This document shows, piece after piece, positions 9,194-15,979 of a stretch of DNA of 32,472 nucleotides (the stretch's first letter is position 1; each line of letters opens with the position of its first letter). The stretch is taken from positions 1 to 32,472 of the forward strand of contig JACREV010000048.1 of NCBI GenBank assembly GCA_016218095.1, given 5' to 3'. A program made the translations under genes and the position numbers. This stretch comes from Deltaproteobacteria bacterium. GTDB lineage: Bacteria; Desulfobacterota; GWC2-55-46. A model generated the notes under the pieces. It was not told the DNA's origin. It ran no database searches and saw only the letters and a program-made list of their open reading frames with translations.

Positions 9194-10165
9194 TTAAGCG
9201 ATGGAGGGAGTCCCCTTTTTTTTTCTCCGAACTGACCTGGTTTCAGATTCATCGGCCATAGGAAACCCGTCCATCCATGACAAGTTCTTTCCGATGACAA
9301 CTTCCTCCATTGTAGAGTGGTGTGTATTGGTCATGGGGATCAGACGCATTTGAAATCCGTGGGCTCGTGCCAATTCTTTCACTTCTTCCGCATTATCATA
9401 TGTCATTAAAAATTCGCCTTTCAATGACTCGCATATCGTAAATAAGCGTTCATGGTCGAGCCGATTGTATTTATACAAGCGTTTTCCGGCTTTCTTCCCT
9501 CCTGCGGTGTAAGGAGGGTCTATGAAGAAGACCGCGTCTTTATTAGCGGCAAATTCCTCCATGACTCTTAACCCGTCTGAACAACGGAAATCGATTTTCC
9601 CGGCGACTTGATTTAAGTTTGAAAGTCTTTTCGCAAGCGTCCCCGGATACCAGCGAGAACGGATACCTTTCCCATTTTCTCCGTGTTTTATAAATCCTGA
9701 ACCTTCGGCGAGGATTCCTCCGTGAAGCGTTCGATTTTTAAGGATCGTCTTAAAGGCGACCTCTCTCTGTGTGTCCGAGGTTTTATTCAGCTCATGGATG
9801 ACCGACTGTCTGGTCAGGTCGAAAGTAAGTATTCGATTTGATAGCCATTCGGCCTCACCATTGACGATGGATTCCCAGACAGCGGCAATCTCTTCATCCA
9901 TTTCAACCATCACTACATTTTCAACAAGATTTTCAAAGAGAGCGGTCAGACTGATGATTCCTCCTCCCGCGAATGGTTCAACAAGGATTGTCGGTTTAGG
10001 GCACATAGGTGCTATCCACTTCCTGAACGTTGGTACAAACCATGTTTTTCCGCCAGGATAGCGGAATAGGCTTCGTTGCGGGATAGACGCAACATTGACC
10101 GGTTTCGGCGTTCCGGCTGTTTCAGATAATTCAGGGAATAACATCTTCTGTCTGTGCGTGTTCAT
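9194..10165 (-). CDS. Dam-like (D12 class, alpha group) DNA amino-methyltransferase
   Basis: Motif X FRYPGGKTW, motif I LVEPFAGGG, motif IV FFIDPPY, FLMTYD. The ATG at 10165 lies 1 nt after the nuclease stop. AT-rich relative to flanks. Confidence 0.92.
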   Translation of the reverse strand: MNTHRQKMLFPELSETAGTPKPVNVASIPQRSLFRYPGGKTWFVPTFRKWIAPMCPKPTILVEPFAGGGIISLTALFENLVENVVMVEMDEEIAAVWESIVNGEAEWLSNRILTFDLTRQSVIHELNKTSDTQREVAFKTILKNRTLHGGILAEGSGFIKHGENGKGIRSRWYPGTLAKRLSNLNQVAGKIDFRCSDGLRVMEEFAANKDAVFFIDPPYTAGGKKAGKRLYKYNRLDHERLFTICESLKGEFLMTYDNAEEVKELARAHGFQMRLIPMTNTHHSTMEEVVIGKNLSWMDGFPMADESETRSVRRKKKGTPSIA

Positions 10166-10166
10166 G

Positions 10167-11054
10167 TCAGAACGGCCCATCAATGGTTTTGTTCACTGGA
10201 GGAGTTTCGAGTTGTTCATCGAGTTTTTCTTGCAGAAGTTTAATGAAATTATCAACTTTTCCCGGCGATGGCGTGGTGATAGAAAGGAGGGCAGGCTCAA
10301 ACTTGGTGAAGATTTCGTCAACTTTTTTAAGAGAGTATCTCCCTGACTTTTGGCCTTTCTCCTTTATTATTTCCAAATCATAGATAAGCCAAGCGATGTC
10401 TGCATCGGGTTTTGGCACTTGTTCCAATTTCGGCAGTGTGGCAAAAAAACCCTTGTTCAGCGCCACAGCGGTTTTCTTCCCCCAACCGTTAAGGGTCCCG
10501 CCCTTGAAAAGAAGTTGCGGGACAAGTCTCTTACGGGAAGATGAAAGATAATCAGGTCTTGGATAGTTAGGCTCTTTAGACCAGTCCATCGCCCCTCGGC
10601 TTAAGGGCTCTTTTATATAATACTCAAATGGCTCACGGACGTTGCCGGATATATAGACGGCTTGAATCTCAAGTGCGCCAAAATCATACACTTTGCCGTT
10701 ATTATCATAAGCAACGAGGACTACATCGATGTTTCCAGCGGATTTACCTTTTGAGTCGTTTAGCCGCACTTCGGTAAGGGAACTCCACTTTGCCGTTTCA
10801 TCAAAAAAGAAGGCTGCGGCGTCGTCGGCAATAATCCAGTCCTCACGAAAACGGATTGGGCAGGTGATAGCCGGCGCACCATCCTGATAAATACTACAGA
10901 CACCGAGAGGATTCTTGGCTTTGTCTTTTGTGCAGTTGGGCACTTTATTATTGAAGGGGCATAAGCGATGGGTACGAAAACGATTCGCCTTCTCACTTTG
11001 ATCCGTGGTCAGATATCCAAAAACTTCAGCAAGCGGGTGTTTGTGAATCGGCAT
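10167..11054 (-). CDS. NotI-family restriction endonuclease
   Basis: AEVFG, Cys4 pattern CPF-x6-CTK...GVCS...TCPIRF, EV...GNID, ALEIQAVYISG, PDYLSSSRKRLVPQLLFKG. Start moved to 11054 because a promoter occupies 11095-11123. Confidence 0.85.
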   Translation of the reverse strand: MPIHKHPLAEVFGYLTTDQSEKANRFRTHRLCPFNNKVPNCTKDKAKNPLGVCSIYQDGAPAITCPIRFREDWIIADDAAAFFFDETAKWSSLTEVRLNDSKGKSAGNIDVVLVAYDNNGKVYDFGALEIQAVYISGNVREPFEYYIKEPLSRGAMDWSKEPNYPRPDYLSSSRKRLVPQLLFKGGTLNGWGKKTAVALNKGFFATLPKLEQVPKPDADIAWLIYDLEIIKEKGQKSGRYSLKKVDEIFTKFEPALLSITTPSPGKVDNFIKLLQEKLDEQLETPPVNKTIDGPF

Positions 11055-11094
11055 TTTCCCTCTATCGTCCCAACATTTCATTCTATGCTGCGTT

Positions 11095-11123
11095 ATTATA
11101 TTCCTTGTAAACCTTAAATTCAA
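11095..11123 (-). promoter_or_regulatory. Near-consensus sigma70 promoter of the R-M operon (TTGAAT-N17-TATAAT)
   Basis: The minus strand reads ttgaat ttaaggtttacaaggaa tataat, about 40 nt upstream of the nuclease ATG. Confidence 0.7.
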
Positions 11124-11173
11124 CTATTCAATCTTGAAGAACTTTCGGGTTGTTCAGGCGATATGCAGAAACT

Positions 11174-11200
11174 AAAACGCCTCGCCAAAATCGGCAAGGC
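11174..11200 (-). terminator. Possible terminator after pirin
   Basis: Imperfect GC stem gcctcgcc/ggcaaggc followed by GTTTT on the minus strand. Confidence 0.4.
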
Positions 11201-11245
11201 ATTAACTAAGAACCTGGGTTTGTCCGGGGATCAAGGCTGGCGGGC

Positions 11246-11962
11246 CTACATAAGCGCAACATCTATAAGGAGTATCTCCGTGTCCTTTTCGGCGTATATG
11301 GAGATGTCGGGCTCGTCCCTTACAATAGCCGCGCCGAACTCCGAGACCGGCCTTTCATTCACCCTCGCCGGGCCGCCTTCAAGGATATAGATGTAAGAGC
11401 CCCGCCCGGCCTCCATCCCGTAGTCTATTATGCGTCCTTTTTCGAGGAATGAGGCGAATACGCGAGCATCCGATCGCATGGGGAGTGCGCCTTTGTGGAC
11501 CGGGGAGACTATCGGCAGGAGCCTGTTGGTGCGGTCTTTACGGTCGAAGCGCTTCTGCTCGACCGAGGGCTTGAGCCCCTGCTCCGATGGGTAGAACCAC
11601 ATCTGGATAAAGCGCATCGGGGCGTCTTTGCGGTTGTTTATCTCGGAGTGCCACATCCCCTGGCCGACCGTCGTGTGCTGGACGTCGCCTTTCCTCAAGA
11701 CCCCTCCATCGCCGCGCTCATCGGCATGTCTGAACTCGCCGCCGGCGCAGTATGTTACGACCTCTATTTCCCTGTGGGGGTGGAGCGGCCAGATCGCGCC
11801 GGGGGAGAGGGTGTCGTCGTTCAAGACCCGGAGCGTCCCGAAGCCCGTGTGCTCGCGGTCGCGGTAGTCTCCGAAAGAAAAGTGCCAGCGGCCCTGGAAG
11901 GTGCCTTGTTCGATTTCGCCGTGGGCCTTGAAGATTTCATCAGGGCTTCTGAGCGTAATCAT
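11246..11962 (-). CDS. Pirin family protein (YhhW-like cupin)
   Basis: HFSFGDY, GFGTLRVLNDD, HPH-x-EIEVVTY, H-x-D, GMWHSEIN, IQMW. Confidence 0.92.
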   Translation of the reverse strand: MITLRSPDEIFKAHGEIEQGTFQGRWHFSFGDYRDREHTGFGTLRVLNDDTLSPGAIWPLHPHREIEVVTYCAGGEFRHADERGDGGVLRKGDVQHTTVGQGMWHSEINNRKDAPMRFIQMWFYPSEQGLKPSVEQKRFDRKDRTNRLLPIVSPVHKGALPMRSDARVFASFLEKGRIIDYGMEAGRGSYIYILEGGPARVNERPVSEFGAAIVRDEPDISIYAEKDTEILLIDVALM

Positions 11963-12074
11963 AGGGTTCTCCGTCCAATCGGCCCTATGCGCACGTATTC
12001 CCGCGCATCTATTTAAGGGCCTTCAGGCGCGGCTTGAAAGCCGCGTACTTAAGGCCGCTGGTCTTTGAAATCGG

Positions 12075-12596
12075 TTATCTTTTCGCGAGCAACCCCTCCG
12101 CCGCCTTGAGCGCCGCGTCGAAATCGACCGAAGAGGTGACTTCTTTTACCAACTCGATGTGGCGTATTACATCGTTCGAGTCTATCACGAATATCGAGCG
12201 GGCAAGGAGCCGGAGCTCCTTTATTAGGACGCCGTAACCCATCCCGAAAGAGGCGTCCCTGTGGTCCGAGAGCGTCTGGATATTCTCTATCCCCGCGGTC
12301 GTGCAGAACCTGTTTATCGCGAAGGGCAGGTCCATGCTTATATTGATTACGGCGACGTCGCCGGGGAGCTTTGCCGCCTCCTGGTTGAAACGCCGCGCCT
12401 GGGCGTCGCATACGGCGGTATCGAGCGAAGGGGTAACGCTTATGATCTTCGCCTTGCCCGCGAAGTCTCTGAGCGAGACCTCCTTCAAGTCCTTGCCTAT
12501 GGCCCTGAACTCCGGCGCCTTGTCTCCCTTTTTAAGCTCGGTGCCGAGGAGCGTCAACGGGTTCCCCTTGAACGTGACTGCGCCTTTTCTCTCCAT
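12075..12596 (-). CDS. tpx: Thiol peroxidase (atypical 2-Cys peroxiredoxin)
   Basis: VTFKGNPLTL, PSLDTAVC, ISMDLPFA-x2-RFC, LSD-x-RD, LLARSIFVID. True start MERKG at 12596; the ORF-track extension overlaps the promoter. Confidence 0.95.
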   Translation of the reverse strand: MERKGAVTFKGNPLTLLGTELKKGDKAPEFRAIGKDLKEVSLRDFAGKAKIISVTPSLDTAVCDAQARRFNQEAAKLPGDVAVINISMDLPFAINRFCTTAGIENIQTLSDHRDASFGMGYGVLIKELRLLARSIFVIDSNDVIRHIELVKEVTSSVDFDAALKAAEGLLAKR

Positions 12597-12648
12597 GTTT
12601 GATCCCTTTCGGCCTTTTTTTTGAGCCAATGAACGGGCTTTTAGCTTA

Positions 12649-12676
12649 AGCCTATCACAATGCGAAAAGTTGTCAA
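12649..12676 (-). promoter_or_regulatory. Sigma70 promoter for tpx (TTGACA-N16-TAGGCT, extended TG)
   Basis: The minus strand reads ttgaca acttttcgcattgtga taggct. Confidence 0.6.
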
Positions 12677-12678
12677 AT

Positions 12679-12966
12679 GTCCTGGCCGGACGGGCAAAGT
12701 TCAAATCCAACGGCAGAGGAGTTGGGCTGATAAAGGGAGTCTCCGGATACGCTGGCCTTGCGCCGAGCAGTCCTGGCCGGACGGGCAAAGTTCAAATCCC
12801 CCGCAGGCCGGAGTATCCTGTGACCCCTTATCACTCAAACCCGTTGCTGTTGGTTGTGGACATTGCCTGCCCGGCGAGGGCTCGGCGCAGGGCGGAATAT
12901 CGGGAGACTCCTATAATCAGGTTACCATTCACCGCCGGTTGTGAATTTTGCCCGTCCGGCCAGGAC
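12679..12966. repeat. 288-bp nested palindromic element made of four related ~85-90-bp units (two forward, two inverted)
   Basis: The exact 30-bp direct repeat GTCCTGGCCGGACGGGCAAAGTTCAAATCC occurs at 12679-12708 and 12770-12799. An inverted copy (24/25 match) is at 12942-12966, and a degenerate inverted unit at about 12801-12881. Confidence 0.9.
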
Positions 12967-13024
12967 CGCAAGCCGAATATTTACATGCTATACTGTTTTT
13001 ATTTCCCGATAATCGCAGGGTCCG

Positions 13025-13525
13025 ATGCGAGTCTCCATTTCCCCGTCGTTAAAGCGGATGGGCGCGCCAGGCCGTGTCCTTCTTCTCGCGCTCCTGCCGT
13101 TCCTCGCCGGGTGCGCGGCCGCGCCAGTGGCGCTCCTGCCCATCGCGCTCCCGGCCCTCATAGCCGGCGCGGGAAGCGGCGTCTCGTACACCTTCACGAA
13201 CATCGCCTACAAGACCATGACGTACCCGATGGAGGACGTAGCGGTCGCGAGCGTGAGGGCGATGGACAAGATGTCCATGGAGACGGTAGAGAGGAGGGAC
13301 GAGGACTCGATGATCGTCATAAAGACGAGGACGAGGAAGCTCACCATCTACATCACGGTCGAGGCGATGACCCCGACCTTGACAAAGATAGAGGTCAATG
13401 CTAAGAAACTATGGATATTCAAGGACAAGACCACGGCGTTCGAGATAATCCTGCAAACAGAGCGGTTCCTCTTGGGCGTCGGCATGGATGAGAGGCACGA
13501 AGGGGTGAGGACGCAGGAACAATGA
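13025..13525 (+). CDS. Putative lipoprotein (DUF3568-like)
   Basis: Hydrophobic signal ending in lipobox LAGC, followed by a Gly/Ala-rich segment and a small alpha/beta domain. The start may be the ATG at 13058. The family call is by recognition only. Confidence 0.65.
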   Translation: MRVSISPSLKRMGAPGRVLLLALLPFLAGCAAAPVALLPIALPALIAGAGSGVSYTFTNIAYKTMTYPMEDVAVASVRAMDKMSMETVERRDEDSMIVIKTRTRKLTIYITVEAMTPTLTKIEVNAKKLWIFKDKTTAFEIILQTERFLLGVGMDERHEGVRTQEQ

Positions 13526-13543
13526 ACACTTCGGCGGAGTCGA

Positions 13544-14212
13544 ATGATACCTATCAAGGACGACATCCCTTCCAGCACCTTCCCCTTTGTAACGATATCC
13601 ATAATAGTCCTCAATTCCCTCGTCTTCATCTACGAGATCATGCTCGGGATGCCCGGAGGGGAGGGGTTCGTCCTGAGGACCGCCGCGATACCGTACGAGA
13701 TAACGCACTTCGTCGACGCGCCCCCGAGGTCGTTCGTGCCGCCGCCGTTTACTCTCCTGACCTCCATGTTCGTTCACGGCGGCCTCTTCCACGTAGCCGG
13801 TAACATGCTCTTCCTATGGGTCTTCGGGGACAACGTCGAGGACGCGTTCGGCCACTTCACTTTCCTCGTCTTTTATCTCGCCACAGGCGTGATAGCGAGC
13901 CTCTCGCACATAATGATGGACCCGTCCTCGACGGTCCCCATGATAGGGGCGAGCGGCGCGGTAGCCGGGGTCCTCGGCGCGTACTTCCTGATGTTCCCGA
14001 GGGCGCAGGTCAAGACCCTCGTATTCCTCGTCTTCTTCGTGACCGTTGCGAGGATACCGGCGGTGGTATTCCTGGGCTTCTGGTTTCTCCTGCAGATATT
14101 GAGCTCGGGCGCGGCCTCAGGCGGCATCGCCTGGTACGCCCATATAGGCGGGTTTATGGCAGGCATCATCGGGGTGTTCCTCATCCGGCCTTTCACGAGG
14201 CGGAGGAGATAA
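13544..14212 (+). CDS. Rhomboid family intramembrane serine protease
   Basis: MIPIKDD, TSMFVHGG-x2-H-x2-GNM-x-FLWVFGDNVED, catalytic GASG, AW-x-AHIGGF. Confidence 0.95.
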   Translation: MIPIKDDIPSSTFPFVTISIIVLNSLVFIYEIMLGMPGGEGFVLRTAAIPYEITHFVDAPPRSFVPPPFTLLTSMFVHGGLFHVAGNMLFLWVFGDNVEDAFGHFTFLVFYLATGVIASLSHIMMDPSSTVPMIGASGAVAGVLGAYFLMFPRAQVKTLVFLVFFVTVARIPAVVFLGFWFLLQILSSGAASGGIAWYAHIGGFMAGIIGVFLIRPFTRRRR

Positions 14213-14228
14213 TGACATAAGGGGGCTT

Positions 14229-15395
14229 ATGAAACGGAGATTCCACGTAGCGGACGAAGAGGATATAAAGAGCGGACGCGTAACGGACGTATACTTCGCG
14301 CGGACCCTCGAGATACTTGAATCCAAGGGGATAGACAAGAGGGTCAGGGCCGAGTTCTTCGCGAAGAAACTGCCTGCCGATTACGGCTGGGGCCTTCTCG
14401 CAGGGATAGAGGAGGTGGCGCGCCTCATGGAGGGCAAGCCCGTGAACCTGAGGTCGTTCAACGAGGGCGAGGTCTTCTACCCCTGGGAGCCTGTCATGGA
14501 GATAGAGGGGAGGTACACGGACTTCTGCGTATTCGAGACCGCGCTCCTCGGGCTTATCTGCGAATCGACCGGGGTGGCGACAAAGTCGGCGAGGATAAAG
14601 ATAGCCGCCGGCGACAGGATGGTCGTGAGCTTCGGGGCGAGAAGGATGCACCCGGCGATAGCGCCGATGATAGAGCGCTCCGCCTTCATAGGCGGGTGCG
14701 ACGGCGTCGCTGTGATCGCAAGCGCCGAGTTGCTGGATGTCGACCCCATGGGCACCATGCCGCACGCCCTCATACTCGTCATCGGCGATACAGTAGAGGC
14801 GGCTCGGGCCTTCGACGAGGTCATAGACAAGGACGTAAAGCGGGTCGCGCTCATCGACACCTTCAACGACGAGAAGTTCGAAACGCTCCGGGTCGCCGGG
14901 GCGATGAAAGACAGGCTCTACGGGGTCAGGCTCGACACGCCCGCTTCGCGCAGGGGCGACTTCTACAGGATCTTCGAGGAGGTCAGGTGGGAGCTCGACC
15001 TCAGGGGATTTAAGGATGTCAAGCTCTTCGCAAGCGGCGGGCTCGACGAAGACGAGGTCGCGAGGTTGAGACCCGTCGTAGACGCCTTCGGCGTCGGCAC
15101 CTGCATCAGCAACGCCCCTGTAGTCGATTTTGCCATGGACATAATGGAGATAGAGGGGGAGGCGATTGCGAAACGGGGCAAGTGGTCAGGGGCGAAGGAC
15201 GTCCTTAAGTGCTCAACCTGCGGGGGTAGATCGATAATCCCTTTAGGGGCCGCAACGGGCGCTTGCGCCTGCGGGGGCGAGCTTGCAAGTCTCTTTAAGC
15301 CGCTTGTAACTGAGGGCAGGATAGTCCGGGAGCTTCCGAAACCGAAGGAGATAAGGGAGAGGACGCTTGAGGCGATAAAGGGACTTTCTTTGTAA
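14229..15395 (+). CDS. Nicotinate phosphoribosyltransferase (archaeal-like short form)
   Basis: TDVYF, SFGARR, GTMPH, LIDTF, GVRLDTP, ASGGL, FGVGT, KRGK, and C-terminal CxxC...CxC. Confidence 0.9.
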   Translation: MKRRFHVADEEDIKSGRVTDVYFARTLEILESKGIDKRVRAEFFAKKLPADYGWGLLAGIEEVARLMEGKPVNLRSFNEGEVFYPWEPVMEIEGRYTDFCVFETALLGLICESTGVATKSARIKIAAGDRMVVSFGARRMHPAIAPMIERSAFIGGCDGVAVIASAELLDVDPMGTMPHALILVIGDTVEAARAFDEVIDKDVKRVALIDTFNDEKFETLRVAGAMKDRLYGVRLDTPASRRGDFYRIFEEVRWELDLRGFKDVKLFASGGLDEDEVARLRPVVDAFGVGTCISNAPVVDFAMDIMEIEGEAIAKRGKWSGAKDVLKCSTCGGRSIIPLGAATGACACGGELASLFKPLVTEGRIVRELPKPKEIRERTLEAIKGLSL

Positions 15396-15458
15396 TTTAC
15401 AGTGAATGGCGGGGCAGGAAAGTTTTAAGGTTCGGAAGGACAGTGAATTTTTGCTATC

Positions 15459-15505
15459 TCTAAAAGACGGCCAAGAGCGCAGGGAGCTCTTGGCTGTCTT
15501 TTAGA
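15459..15505. terminator. Bidirectional intrinsic terminator
   Basis: TCTAAAAGACGGCCAAGAGC (15459-15478) pairs with GCTCTTGGCTGTCTTTTAGA (15486-15505) between convergent genes. Confidence 0.8.
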
Positions 15506-15665
15506 AGTGCATCCCGCCGTGGAGCTTGTCCGCCAGGGCCGAGAGCGACTCGAAGATGACCTCAGAGTTGTTGGTAAGGAGATATACGAGGTTCCCGAGC
15601 ACCAGGAGCGAGATCAACGCCATTAAAAGGTATTTAGACTTTTGAGCCGCGGTTTCCTTTACCAT
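15501..15665 (-). CDS. 54-aa single-pass membrane protein
   Basis: MVKETAAQKSKYLLMALISLLVLGNLVYLL...HGGMHF. SD AAGGAGGGA just upstream of the ATG at 15665. It has its own promoter and terminator. Confidence 0.7.
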   Translation of the reverse strand: MVKETAAQKSKYLLMALISLLVLGNLVYLLTNNSEVIFESLSALADKLHGGMHF

Positions 15666-15765
15666 GGTTCCCTCCTTTTTAAAAAACCCCACATTGTTTA
15701 TATCGGATGCCGTATTTAAAACTTTAGCTTTTTTTTGGCCCCCTGAACACCCACCCATAGCTCTC

Positions 15766-15799
15766 ATATTAGAACAACCCGGATTAAAGCTTAATGAAA
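15766..15799 (-). promoter_or_regulatory. Third direct-repeat box (TCATT-N6-TAATC) 10 bp upstream of -10 TAATAT
   Basis: The minus strand reads tttcatt aagctt taatc cgggttgttc taatat, with the same geometry as the boxes at 3481 and 6673. Confidence 0.45.
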
Positions 15800-15979
15800 T
15801 CGGGAAATAAGCCGAAAGACTCTGAAGGCTCTCGGCTCCCCGCCCTCCGGCCCCTTGTTGATTTTTGGACAGGAATATGGTAAAAAATTGAGAGTTTTTC
15901 GTTAGTTTTGGGCGTCCGGGGGCTGTCTTTCAGACCCGATCAGATACGGTTTCAGGGCCGTAAGGCCCATTGGAGAAGG

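Noticed and set aside
11055-11123. ORF-track start of the nuclease at 11123 (and of the methylase at 10183)
   Set aside because: The TTG at 11123 is the -35 box of a near-consensus promoter. ATGs at 11054 and 10165 fit better.
9118-11245. Target-site duplication or att sites flanking the R-M island
   Set aside because: No convincing direct repeat was found at the two boundaries, and there is no tRNA or integrase nearby.
12679-12966. CRISPR array or c-di-GMP riboswitch interpretation of the 30-bp repeat
   Set aside because: There are only two exact direct copies, the others are inverted, the intervening sequences are related to each other, and no cas genes are present. The GGGCAAA word is not followed by the GEMM GNRA/GACGCAAA pattern.
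12597-13404. ORFs 12670-13404 (+), 12660-12944 (+) and the N-terminal extension of tpx to 12788
   Set aside because: They run through the palindromic repeat and promoters, have no recognisable protein character, and overlap better-supported genes.
15908-15979. N-terminal extensions of the GT2 fusion (15908), methyltransferase (17257) and PFKFB-like gene (27669)
   Set aside because: Downstream starts have SD sequences or abut the upstream stop, and the extensions look non-coding.
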